Source of the DNA: Phycisphaera mikurensis NBRC 102666
Lineage (GTDB): Bacteria; Planctomycetota; Phycisphaerae; Phycisphaerales; Phycisphaeraceae
NCBI RefSeq assembly: GCF_000284115.1
Contig: NC_017080.1
Location: 3,720,001 to 3,752,000, forward strand
Length of the DNA stretch: 32,000 bases
Reading direction: 5' to 3'
This document shows, piece after piece, positions 7,554 through 16,700 of the stretch. The notes under the pieces are model-generated. The model did no database searches. It was not told where the DNA came from and saw only the letters and a program-made list of their open reading frames with translations. How positions within the stretch are numbered: position 1 is the first letter of the stretch; each line of letters opens with the position of its first letter. Made by a program: the position numbers and the translations under genes.

Positions 7554-10235
7554 ATGGCTCTGCACCCCGACTTCCCTACCGACCCGCACGCGGTGCTCGA
7601 CCCGTCGGTCCGCTGGTTCCCCGCCGACGAGGCGCTCCGCGAGGTGGCCGCCAATCGACTGACCCCGCCGCTGGTGGCGGAGCTGCGGAAGAAGGTCCAG
7701 GCCTTCCGCGACTCCGGCTACGAGGGGGCGAGCGAGACGAGCCGTGCGCTGCTGCACTGGTGGTTCGTGGAGGAGCACCTGATCGCCCCGCACGACGGGC
7801 CGAGCTTCCGCTTCAAGTACTACTTCGCCCAGCGCGAGGCGATCGAGACGATCGTCTGGCTGACCGACGTGGCGAAGGTGCAGGACCCGGCGGACCTCCT
7901 GCGCTACGACGCGACGGGCGAGGTCTCCCGCAAGATGTTCGACGAGGACTGGCGGCGCTACATGGTGAAGATGGCCACCGGCAGCGGCAAGACCAAGGTG
8001 CTGAGCCTGGTGCTCGCGTGGAGCTTCTTCAGCAAGACCTACGAGGCCGACTCGCCGCTGGCGCGGAACTTCCTGGTGATCGCGCCCAACATCATCGTGC
8101 TCGACCGCATCCGCAAGGACTTCGAGGGGTTGACCATCTTCTTCCAGGACCCGGTGCTGCCCGAGAACGGCTTCCGGGGCCGGAACTGGCGCGACGACTT
8201 CCAGCTGACGCTGCACGTGCAGGACGACGTGCGCGTGCGGCAGCCCACCGGGAACATCTTCCTCACCAACATCCACCGCGTGTACGACGGGGCCGACGTG
8301 GAGGCGACGGCGGAGGACGAGGACACGATGGACTACTTCTTCGGCAAGCGGCCGACCGGGGCGACCAACGACAGCAAGGTGGACCTCGGCGAGGTGGTCC
8401 GCGACATCGACGAGCTGGCGGTGCTCAACGACGAGGCCCACCACGTCCATGACAAGAAGCTGGCGTGGTTCAAGTCGATCCAGGACATCCACAACCAGCT
8501 GGTTCAGAAGGGCGGCGTGCTCTCGCTGCAGGTGGACGTGACGGCCACGCCCAAGCACGAGAACGGGGCGATCTTCGCGCAGACGGTCTCTGATTACCCG
8601 CTGGTGGAGGCCATCGCCCAGGACGTGGTGAAGCATCCGGTGCTGCCCGACGCCGCGAGCCGGGACAAGCTGGAGGAGCACCAGACGACGCGCTTCACCG
8701 ACCGGTACGCCGACTTCCTGGAGCTGGGCGTGCTGGAGTGGCGGAAGGCCGCGGCCGAGCACGCGAAGGCGCGCAAGAAGGCGATCCTCTTCGTGATGAC
8801 CAACGACACGAAGAACTGCGACGAGGTGGCCGCCTGGCTGGAGCGGCACAACCCCGACCTCGCCGACGCGGTGCTGACGATCCACACGAAGAAGACCGGC
8901 GAGGTGAGCGAGGCGTCCAGCGGGAAAGCCGCCGACGAGCTGGCGGACCTGCGTCGCCAAGCCAACGGCATCGACCGGGCCGACAGCCCCTTCAAGGCGA
9001 TTGTCTCGGTGCTGATGCTTAAAGAGGGCTGGGACGTGAAGAACGTCACCACGATCGTCGGCCTGCGTGCCTACTCCGGCAAGAACAAGGTGCTGCCCGA
9101 GCAGACCCTCGGCCGCGGCCTCCGCAAGATGTACGGCGGCGGGCTGGAGGAGCGGGTGAGCGTGGTGGGCACGCCGGACTTCATGGAGTTCATCGAGGGC
9201 ATCCAGCAGGACGGCGTGGAGCTGGAGCGCTCTGCGATGGGCACCGGCACCCCGCCCGCGGCCCCGCTGGTGGTGGAGGTGGACACCGAGGACGAAAGCA
9301 AGGACATCGACGCGCTCGACATCGAGATGCCGGTCCTCGCGCCCAGGTACCGCCGCGAGTACCACAATCTCGGCGACCTGGACCCGGCGACGGTGCCGAT
9401 CCACCCCGTGACGTACCAGCGGTTCTCCGCGGAAGAGCAGCGGGAGATCGTCTTCAAGGACATGGCCACCGGCGGCGTGACGCACACCACCCGGCTGGAC
9501 GGGGCCGGCGTGGCCGACCACCGCCGCGTGCTCGCGTGGTTCACGCAGCGGCTGCTCACGGACCTGCGGCTGGTGAGCGGCTTCGACGTGCTCTACGGCA
9601 AGGTAAAGGCGGTCGTCCGCGACCGGCTCTTCGGCGGGACGATCGATCTGGAGGACCCGAACACGCCGCGGAACCTGTCCGAGCCGGCCGCGACCAAGTC
9701 GCTGCTGGACGCGATGACCAAGGGGATCAACGAGCTGACGGTGCAGGAGTCCGGCGACGCCGAGATCCGCGACACGATCAAGCTGCGGACCACGCGGCCG
9801 TTCATGGTGAAGAGCCAGGACTTCGTGGCGGCGAAGAAGAGCGTCTTCAACCGGACGATCGGGGACAGCGGGCTGGAGCTGCGCTTCGCCGAGTGGCTCG
9901 ACGGCTGCGCCGACGTCGCCTCCTTCGCGAAGGTCTACCTCGCGGTGCCCTTCACGCTCGACTACGTGAAGGCCGACGGCGACCTCTCGACCTACCGGCC
10001 CGACTTCTTCGTGAAGCTCACCGACGGCAAGAGGTACGTGGTGGAGACCAAGGGCCTCGAAGACGTGGACGTGGCCCCGAAGATGGCCCGACTGAAACAG
10101 TGGTGTGAGGACGTGGGCCACGCGAGCCCGCCGTGGGAGGTGGGCTTCGTCTACGTGGACGAGGACGGCTTCGACGAGCACCGGCCCAAGAGCTTCGCGG
10201 GGCTGGTGGAGGGGTTCCGGGAGTTTCAGGACTGA
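7554..10235 (+). CDS. res: Type III restriction enzyme Res subunit (SF2 helicase plus C-terminal PD-(D/E)xK-like nuclease), 893 aa
   Basis: Motifs: Walker A MATGSGKTKV; DEAH box LNDEAHHV; helicase C-terminal block LMLKEGWDVKNV; C-terminal YRPDFFVKLTDGKRYVVETKG (D...E.K nuclease-like). The start is directly adjacent to the mod stop (tagATG). Confidence 0.9.
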   Translation: MALHPDFPTDPHAVLDPSVRWFPADEALREVAANRLTPPLVAELRKKVQAFRDSGYEGASETSRALLHWWFVEEHLIAPHDGPSFRFKYYFAQREAIETIVWLTDVAKVQDPADLLRYDATGEVSRKMFDEDWRRYMVKMATGSGKTKVLSLVLAWSFFSKTYEADSPLARNFLVIAPNIIVLDRIRKDFEGLTIFFQDPVLPENGFRGRNWRDDFQLTLHVQDDVRVRQPTGNIFLTNIHRVYDGADVEATAEDEDTMDYFFGKRPTGATNDSKVDLGEVVRDIDELAVLNDEAHHVHDKKLAWFKSIQDIHNQLVQKGGVLSLQVDVTATPKHENGAIFAQTVSDYPLVEAIAQDVVKHPVLPDAASRDKLEEHQTTRFTDRYADFLELGVLEWRKAAAEHAKARKKAILFVMTNDTKNCDEVAAWLERHNPDLADAVLTIHTKKTGEVSEASSGKAADELADLRRQANGIDRADSPFKAIVSVLMLKEGWDVKNVTTIVGLRAYSGKNKVLPEQTLGRGLRKMYGGGLEERVSVVGTPDFMEFIEGIQQDGVELERSAMGTGTPPAAPLVVEVDTEDESKDIDALDIEMPVLAPRYRREYHNLGDLDPATVPIHPVTYQRFSAEEQREIVFKDMATGGVTHTTRLDGAGVADHRRVLAWFTQRLLTDLRLVSGFDVLYGKVKAVVRDRLFGGTIDLEDPNTPRNLSEPAATKSLLDAMTKGINELTVQESGDAEIRDTIKLRTTRPFMVKSQDFVAAKKSVFNRTIGDSGLELRFAEWLDGCADVASFAKVYLAVPFTLDYVKADGDLSTYRPDFFVKLTDGKRYVVETKGLEDVDVAPKMARLKQWCEDVGHASPPWEVGFVYVDEDGFDEHRPKSFAGLVEGFREFQD

Positions 10236-10258
10236 CGCGAGGAGAGCGGGAACGTGCG

Positions 10259-11308
10259 ATGACGAAGGCTTCGAAGAGGTTGATGAGCCCCGCGATGATC
10301 CGGGCGAGGGCCAATGTTGTGGCACTCGGTTACCGCGCGTCGGTCGTGGACCAGTGGCCGGATCGGCAAGTGGACGCCGCTTGGCGGCTCTTGCAACCGC
10401 TGTTCGTGCTGCGCGTGGCGACGCGGCTGAGCCCCCACGAAGCGGCCTGGCGGGACCAACTCAATGACGCGGTGGCTCGCAATCTCCCGCTGCTGAAGGG
10501 GTCGCAGGCGAACTGCATCGCTTGCGGATCGAAGGTCGGCTGGGGGAAGCTGAAGCGGCACCTGTTCGAACGCTGCCGCGCCGTGCAGGGGGCGACGCTG
10601 CGAGGAGGGACGGGCGGCAAAGCAATTCTTTCGGTGGCGGTAGAGGCTCCGCGGCCAGCGAAGCCGTCGCCTCGCGCGACGTCGGGACGTCGACGCAGAG
10701 AAGCACGGATCAGCACCTATGACGGCACCCGCGTAGAGGGCGACGACCCCGGAAGAGACCGAGGCACGGACCGGACACCGGACGGCCAGGACTCGCTCAC
10801 CATCACGTCCGCCGAGGAGAAAGCCGCGGCAACAGCCGGCCGGGCCTCCGGGCGTCACACCGCGCAGCAGTACATCACGCTCATCGACCAAGGCTACGAC
10901 GGCGACGAGGTCAAATCCTGGACCTTTTACCACGCGAAGAAGGTGCTTGACCACAACGCCACGCACGGCGTGCCGGCCTCGGCGAAGCGGAAGCGAGAGG
11001 AGCGGGAAACGCGGAGGGAGGCGATCCGGGCCGCGCTGGCCGCGGAACAGCGAGACGACAGGAGGCGCCCTACCTCTTCAATCGTCGGCCGAACGTCGGT
11101 CGCCATCAGGACTGGGTTCGCTCGATGCCCCAGCTGCGGCGTGGAACTCAAGCGCAAGAACCTGCGGGTCCACATGAGGAAGGTTCATCCCGTTCACGCG
11201 ACAGAGCTTCCACCCCCTCCGGCGGCTGGCCCGACGAAGAAGGCGAAGTCGAAGCGGAGGAAGCGGAAGATCATCAGGCACGGGCCACTCACCACGCCGA
11301 AGGAATGA
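10259..11308 (+). CDS. Hypothetical protein with two C2HC/C2H2-like zinc-finger motifs and a Lys/Arg-rich tail, 349 aa
   Basis: ATG at 10259 lies 23 nt after the res stop, with GAGGAG upstream. Finger 1 is CIACGSKVGWGKLKRHLFERC (nt 10514-10576). Finger 2 is CPSCGVELKRKNLRVHMRKVH (nt 11126-11188). Both have the spacing C-x2-C-x11-H-x4-[C/H]. The middle is charged and looks disordered, and the C-terminus is PTKKAKSKRRKRKIIRH. Confidence 0.6.
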   Translation: MTKASKRLMSPAMIRARANVVALGYRASVVDQWPDRQVDAAWRLLQPLFVLRVATRLSPHEAAWRDQLNDAVARNLPLLKGSQANCIACGSKVGWGKLKRHLFERCRAVQGATLRGGTGGKAILSVAVEAPRPAKPSPRATSGRRRREARISTYDGTRVEGDDPGRDRGTDRTPDGQDSLTITSAEEKAAATAGRASGRHTAQQYITLIDQGYDGDEVKSWTFYHAKKVLDHNATHGVPASAKRKREERETRREAIRAALAAEQRDDRRRPTSSIVGRTSVAIRTGFARCPSCGVELKRKNLRVHMRKVHPVHATELPPPPAAGPTKKAKSKRRKRKIIRHGPLTTPKE

Positions 11309-11403
11309 TCTTCGCGTGGGTGTGCGCAAGACGAGCGCGAGCGAAGGGTCCGCCTCTGCGGAGAATCTCGACCGCACCACGCGAGCGCTGTACGCCGCGG
11401 ATG

Positions 11404-11449
11404 CCGCGGACCGTCGCAGCAATCGGTAGGAAGGTTCAGCGGTCCGCGG
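11404..11449. repeat. IR10-N26 element copy B
   Basis: CCGCGGACCG at 11404-11413 and CGGTCCGCGG at 11440-11449. The spacer 11414-11439 is 26 nt. It lies about 96 nt downstream of the zinc-finger gene stop. Confidence 0.8.
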
Positions 11450-11484
11450 AAGCAGCCGCAACGCGAACCCGCCGCGGAGGACGC

Positions 11485-11880
11485 ATGCCACACGCTTTCG
11501 AGGAGATCCGCGACGCGATGCGGGAGTGGACGCCGGGGTTTCGGCCGGATTGGTTTCGGCGGAAGATGGGGGGCCAGCCGCCGGAGGGCGAGGAGATCCT
11601 CGCGGGCTTCGACGAGGCGTTCCCGCTGCTGTGCTTCACGGCTACGCGGATGCTGTTGGGGCGGCGGCGGGGCTTGTTCTTCCCCTCCTGCGACGTGACG
11701 AGCGTCCACTACCGGGAGGTGGCCGGCTTCGAGACGCTGGAGCGGGGCGGCGTCGGCCGCCTGCCGCTGCTGGTCGTCCGCGACACCGGCGGGGTGGAGC
11801 ACGACGTGATGCCTGGAGGCCGGGCGCACCTCCACGCGGCCGCCGCCTGCCTCACCCTCGGCGTGGAGTCGACGACCTGA
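11485..11880 (+). CDS. Hypothetical protein, 131 aa
   Basis: This is the internal ATG of track ORF 11125..11880, preceded by GGAGGA (gcGGAGGAcgcATG). Third-position GC is high. The sequence begins MPHAFEEIRDAMREWTPGFRPDWFRRKMGG...; I recognise no family with confidence. Confidence 0.5.
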   Translation: MPHAFEEIRDAMREWTPGFRPDWFRRKMGGQPPEGEEILAGFDEAFPLLCFTATRMLLGRRRGLFFPSCDVTSVHYREVAGFETLERGGVGRLPLLVVRDTGGVEHDVMPGGRAHLHAAAACLTLGVESTT

Positions 11881-11888
11881 CCGCAGGT

Positions 11889-12033
11889 CCGCGGACCGTC
11901 GAGGGATCCCAGGGCCATCGCTTTCGGCTGCGAGCACCAGCAGTGGCTTCGGTCAGCACTCATCCGGAGCCACGAAGACCCCGAACGCGATGACCCTGCA
12001 ACGGGTTCTTGGTGAAACGCCCACGGTCCGCGG
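11889..12033. repeat. Long-spacer variant of the IR10 element (same arms, 125-nt spacer)
   Basis: CCGCGGACCG at 11889-11898 lies within the palindrome GGTCCGCGGACC. CGGTCCGCGG is at 12024-12033. The pair brackets almost the whole intergenic region between the 11880 stop and the 12052 start. Confidence 0.55.
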
Positions 12034-12051
12034 GTGCGGTACCTTTGCGGG

Positions 12052-12741
12052 ATGAGCGAGGCCGCTTCGGGTGGGCAGACCGTGGCGGGCCGGCTGCGGG
12101 CGGCTTGGGAGCCGGAGCGGGACCGGCTGCGGGCGGTGGACACGGAGCACCCGACGAACATCCGGGTGCACCGGGCGCTGTCGTGGCTGGACGCGGCGGA
12201 GGCGGCGGAGGCCGACGCGGAGGCGACGGACGAGCGGGTGCTGTTCCGGTGGATCGCGTTCAACGCGCTCTACAACCGGTGGGACGAGAAGCTCCTGCGG
12301 CCCTGCGGGGACCAGGACAGCTTCCGGGCTTTCCTCGCGGAGGCGGTGGCGCTGGACGCCGCGGGCGCGGTGGCGGGGATGCTGGAGGCGCACAAGCGGC
12401 TGGTGCTCACGCTGCTGGACAACAAGTTTCTGAAGGGGCAGTTCTGGAAGGATCCCTCGGTGGCGCGGTCGCTCCGCTGGACGCCGCACCGGCAGACGGC
12501 GCAGCAGCACTACGCGAACAAGCGGTGGGGCGAGCTGCTGGAGGCGGCTTTCGAGCCGGTCTACTTTCTGCGGTGCCAGCTCGTCCACGGCGCCGCGACG
12601 CGGCGGAGCTCGATGAACCGCGACGGCCTGCGGCACGCGGACGACTTCCTGCGGTGGGCGGTGCCGCTGCTGGTGGCGGTGGTGATCGACCGCGGGATGG
12701 ACGAGAACTGGGGGCCGCTGTGCTACCCGCCGCAGGTGTGA
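12052..12741 (+). CDS. HEPN-like protein (Rx4H motif), 229 aa
   Basis: ATG 12052 is an internal Met of track ORF 12034..12741. LRCQLVHG fits the HEPN R-x4-H(G) signature. The protein is helical, with FRWIAFNALYNRW in the N-terminal half. The assignment rests on motif resemblance only. Confidence 0.5.
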   Translation: MSEAASGGQTVAGRLRAAWEPERDRLRAVDTEHPTNIRVHRALSWLDAAEAAEADAEATDERVLFRWIAFNALYNRWDEKLLRPCGDQDSFRAFLAEAVALDAAGAVAGMLEAHKRLVLTLLDNKFLKGQFWKDPSVARSLRWTPHRQTAQQHYANKRWGELLEAAFEPVYFLRCQLVHGAATRRSSMNRDGLRHADDFLRWAVPLLVAVVIDRGMDENWGPLCYPPQV

Positions 12742-12767
12742 GCCCGCGGGGCGAGGCGGGGTGGAAT

Positions 12768-13089
12768 GGGTGCCACGCCGCTCGCGGGGTGGCGAGCGCG
12801 GGATGGCGTCGTGGCCCGGCCACCCCCAAAGGGGCGTGGCACCCGGCAAGATGGGGATCTGAAGTGGCCTTGTGGTTCGGCCACCCCCCGAGGGGCGTGG
12901 CACCCGGCGGGGTGGGACGGCAGGCAGAGCGGGTGAGGGCTGGGTGCAGGGTGCCACGCCGCTTGCGGGGTGGCGAGCGCCGGAGACCGTCGCGGTCCGG
13001 CCACCCCCCAAGGGGCGTGGCACCCGGCGGGCTGGCGGGTGCGGAGCGTTGTTGAGGTCCGGCCACGCCCCAAGGGGCGTGGCACCCGG
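12768..13089. repeat. REP/BIME-like cluster 1: six 22-nt palindromes
   Basis: The palindromes lie at 12772-12793, 12819-12840, 12880-12901, 12953-12974, 13000-13021 and 13062-13083. L type is GCCACGCCGCTTGCGGGGTGGC and R type is GCCACCCCCCAAGGGGCGTGGC. Two L-R pairs are 47 nt apart start to start. The other two copies are unpaired: an R-type copy at 12880 and an L/R hybrid at 13062. Confidence 0.9.
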
Positions 13090-13112
13090 CGGGCGGGCGT
13101 ACAGATGGCGGC

Positions 13113-13694
13113 ATGAAGCTTCTCTCCGCCGCCGGCCTGTTCTGCGTGTTCGCCTGCCTCTGCCCCGACGCGGCGGCGGGCGGGTCGGCGGCGGAGGACG
13201 GCGTGTTCGTCGACTTCTCCGACGCCGCCGAGGCGGAGCGGTGGCGGGTCGTGAACGACGGCGTGATGGGCGGGGGGAGCGAGGGGGCGGTGAGCTTCGA
13301 AGGCGGGGTGATGACCTTCGCCGGGGAGATCGTCACCGACGGCGGCGGCTTCTCCTCGGTCCGCCGGGCGCTCGAGCCCGGCGTGCTCGCGGGCGCGGAG
13401 GCGGTGACGCTGCGCGTCAGAAGCGACGGCCGCGGGTACCGGGTGAGCTTCCGCGACGGCACCCGCGTGAGCTGGGGCGGCGAGGTGATGCACGCGGCGA
13501 GCCTCGACGCGGAGAGCCAGGAGTGGACGGAAGCCACCGTGCGCTTCGACGACCTCACCGCCAGCTTCCACGGGGAGCCCGCCGACGTGGAGCCCTTCGA
13601 CCCCGCCGCCGCGAACCAGATCGGCGTAATCCTGAGCGACGGGGTCGATGGGGCGTTCCGCCTGGAGGTGGAGTGGATCCGGGCGGAGCGGTGA
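13113..13694 (+). CDS. CIA30-family (complex I intermediate-associated protein 30-like) secreted protein, 193 aa
   Basis: The N-terminal signal peptide is MKLLSAAGLFCVFACLC. WRVVNDGVMGGGSEG....FAGEIVTDGGGFSSVR matches the CIA30 signature as I remember it. Confidence 0.75.
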   Translation: MKLLSAAGLFCVFACLCPDAAAGGSAAEDGVFVDFSDAAEAERWRVVNDGVMGGGSEGAVSFEGGVMTFAGEIVTDGGGFSSVRRALEPGVLAGAEAVTLRVRSDGRGYRVSFRDGTRVSWGGEVMHAASLDAESQEWTEATVRFDDLTASFHGEPADVEPFDPAAANQIGVILSDGVDGAFRLEVEWIRAER

Positions 13695-13706
13695 GCCGAC
13701 GCGGCG

Positions 13707-13752
13707 CCGCGGACCGCGGGCGTACCGGGCGGTTTGGGCCGACGGTCCGCGG
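13707..13752. repeat. IR10-N26 element copy C, between convergent genes; a possible bidirectional terminator
   Basis: CCGCGGACCG at 13707-13716 and CGGTCCGCGG at 13743-13752. The spacer is 26 nt. It sits between the stops at 13694 (+) and 13762 (-). Confidence 0.8.
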
Positions 13753-13761
13753 CGGGTCCGC

Positions 13762-16700
13762 TCAGACCGGCAGGATCTCGATCTTGTCGAGCAGCAGGCC
13801 GTCCTCGCGGAGCGCCACCTCCACGAGGTTGCTGCCCCCAAGCGGCGTGTACGCGCCGTTGAGCAGCACCGAGCGGGCGGACGTGTTGTCGTAGCCGTTG
13901 AAGGTCTGCCAGGCGCCGCCGTTGACGCGGGCGAAGAAGGAGTCGTCGTCGAACGCGGACGAGCCGGCGAGGAAGCCGACCGCCACGCGGAAGTCGCCGC
14001 GGCCGGCGCCGTCGAAGCTGAAGCGGACGGTGGGCGTGGAGGACGTCGGCGTGAAGACGACCGGCGAGGGCGTGCTGCCGTTGGGCACCACGCGGTAGGT
14101 CGCGGCGCCGACGGAGCGGACGACCCAGGCCGGGTCGGCCTCGGCGGCCTCGGCCTCGAGCACCAGCGTGCCGTTGCTGCCCCCGCCGATCGCGGTCCGC
14201 GGCGGCCCCAGCGGGCCGGCCTCGTACCCGGCGCCGGTGGGCATCGCGAAGAGGGACGGCTGGACGACCAGCTTGTCCAGCCGGGTGCCGTCCTCGCGGA
14301 ACAGGATCCGCACCTCGTGCCGCCCCGCGTCCAGCTGGAAGGGCCCGGAGGGGACGACGCCGTTCTGGTCCTGCGGGGTGGCCCACTGCCAGCCGGCGTC
14401 GGGCCGGATGCCGTTCCACTTCATCCAGCCGCCGCCGTTCACGCTGACCCAGAAGGAGTTGTCGGCGAAGGAGGGCGCCTGCACGCGGGCGAGCAGGTCG
14501 TAGGCGCCGGCGGTCCCGACCTCGAAGCCGTAGGTCAGCACCGGGTCGCCGGCGACCGGCGGGCCCATCCGCTGCACGCCGGCCTCGGACTCGATCCAGG
14601 TGGTGGTGCCGTCGGTGCCGGACCGCCAGCCCGGCGGCAGAATGGCCTCCTCGGCCTCGATCTGCACCACCTCCACCGCGGCGGCGCCGGCGGTCGTCAC
14701 CGTCATGGAGTCCAGGTTCGGGCCGGTGGAGTTGTAGGCCTGCAGGCGGACCGTGTGAAGCCCCGCGGAGAGGTCGACGCTGAGAGACGCCACGGCGTGC
14801 TTCGTCCAGCTCCCGGTGGGCCCCATCGCGAGCGTCCCCACGGAGACGCCGTCGACGAACAGCTCGGTGGAGCGGTCCTGGCCGCTGCCGTTGGCGTAGC
14901 GGAAGTCCAGCCGGGTGGGGCCGCCGGCGCCGGCGTCCACCGACTGCCACTGCACCGCCGAGGAGGTGCCCCAGTAGTCGACGGTCCCGCCGTCGGCGTC
15001 GGGGATCCCGTTCACCACGCCCGCCGCGGTGAGGCTCGCGTTCTCCGCCTGGTAGGTCACGGAATCCTCGACGGCGAAGCCTTCCCGGTCCTCGTCGGAG
15101 AGCGGCGCGTCGCCGTCGGGGACCGCGTGGACGAAGCCGTAGCCCGCGACACCCACGTACAGGTCGTCGACCTCCGTCGGCGAGGCGCTCAGGTAGTAGG
15201 GCTCGGCGTGGAGCCCGGCGGGAAACTCGGCCATCCGCTGCCAGTCGACGCCGGCGTTGGTGGAGCGGTAGATGCCCTGACGGCCCTCGAGCACGCCGCT
15301 CACGTAGAGCGTGGGATCGGTGGAGCCCGCGGCGGCGGCGCCCAGCGCCACCGAGAAGGTGCGGCCCCAGCCCGGCGACCTCTCCCACGTGGCGCCGCCG
15401 TCGGTGCTGTGCCACAGGCCGTTGCGGACGACCGCGCCGGCGTCGCGGCCGCTGGCGAACCACAGGTCGCCGGAGACGCCCGGCGTCGCGGCGAGCTGGG
15501 CGTGGAAGCCGTACTCGGGCAGCTGCGTGTTGTTGGTCGCTCTCTGCGTCCACGTTTGGCCGCCGTCGGTGGTCGACCACACGCCAAGCCGGTTGAGGTA
15601 CAGGTAGAAGGTGCCCGCGTCCACCGGGTCGGCAACGAGCAAGCGGCTCTTCACGTACGAGTTGAAGTGGCCGTGCTGGAAGCTGAAGCGTTGCCAGTCG
15701 GCGTCGCGCGTGTCCAGCGCGTCGAAGCTGGGGCTCTGCTGCCAGGTCGCGCCGTTGTCGAGGCTGAAGAAGGGCGCGTAGTCGTCCTTGGGCAGCCAGA
15801 CCAGGTTCGTCTCGGCGACGGTCTCGCCGGGGGCGCGGGTGCTCACCGCGAGGTTGCCCGCCGCCAGCGGGGCCGGGTGGGTGCCGCCGGCGACCGACGC
15901 GAAGCGCTGCCAGGTGGCGCCGCCGTCGGTGGAGTAGCCCGAGAACGTCGGGTACGCCGGGTCGTTGCTGTAGTTGCCGCCCTGGTAGTTGAAGCTCACC
16001 GCCGCGACGTAGTCGCGGTCGTTGGCGGGGGTGTCAACGCTGGAGCCGTTGGCGATCGGCGAGCCCTGCTGCAGGCCGATGGCGACCTGCGCCGAGCTCT
16101 GGGCGGGGTCGGTGATGAGGAAGGCGGTGCGGTCTTCGGCCGCGACCACCACGCCCGCGGAGGTGTGCACCGCGTCGCGGGCGACCATCATCTCGATGCC
16201 CACCGAGTCGGACACCCACGTCACGCCGTCGCCGTCCTGGGCCTCGGTGGGCTGGTCGGCGGAGGTGTTCCACACGCCGATGCCGCTGCTGACGGTGAGG
16301 CGGTCGGGGCGGAAGGGGTCGATGCTCAGCTGCGCCGTGGAGAAGTAGTCCTCGGTGGTGACGGCGAGCCACGGCGTGTCGGGGCTGGCGCGGAGCGCGC
16401 GGCCCATGCGGTCGAACGTGACGCCGCCGTCGGTGGAGCGGTGCAGCGTGCCGTCGTTGCTCATCGCGAAGATCCGCTGCGCGTCGAGCGGGTCCACCGC
16501 GGCGGTGACGATGCGGTCGGGGTAGGCCTCGGTCCAGCCGTTGGCCGCGACCCCGCCGGGCAGCCGCGTGATGCCGCCGTAATTCTCGCTGATGTAGACC
16601 GTCCCGTCGGGCGTGAGGTCGATGTCCTGGAAGAAGGTGCCGTCGACGGCGGTGCCGTCGGAGATGTTGGCGAAGCTCTGCCCGCCGTCGAGCGACTGGA

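Noticed and set aside
5298-10235. Assignment of SNF2 plus methylase plus helicase to a DISARM- or BREX-like system.
   Set aside because: The methylase and helicase have the adjacent Mod/Res organisation and motifs of a Type III R-M pair. No DUF1998, PLD, PglZ or BrxC-like genes are visible. The SNF2 gene is on the other strand, 4 kb away.
6357-10325. Very long ORFs opposite to or out of frame with the called genes. Examples: 6357..10325(-) 1322 aa, 12407..15580(-) 1057 aa, 13648..17613(+) 1321 aa, 20557..24066(+) 1169 aa, 21743..25876(-) 1377 aa, 19019..21121(+), 19670..21682(-), 94..1146(+), 2503..3939(-), 4710..5873(-) and 30492..31868(-).
   Set aside because: Their translations are dominated by R, G, P, A and H runs with no recognisable motifs. 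Each overlaps a gene on the other strand or frame that has clear family signatures. Stop-free antisense frames are expected at this GC content.
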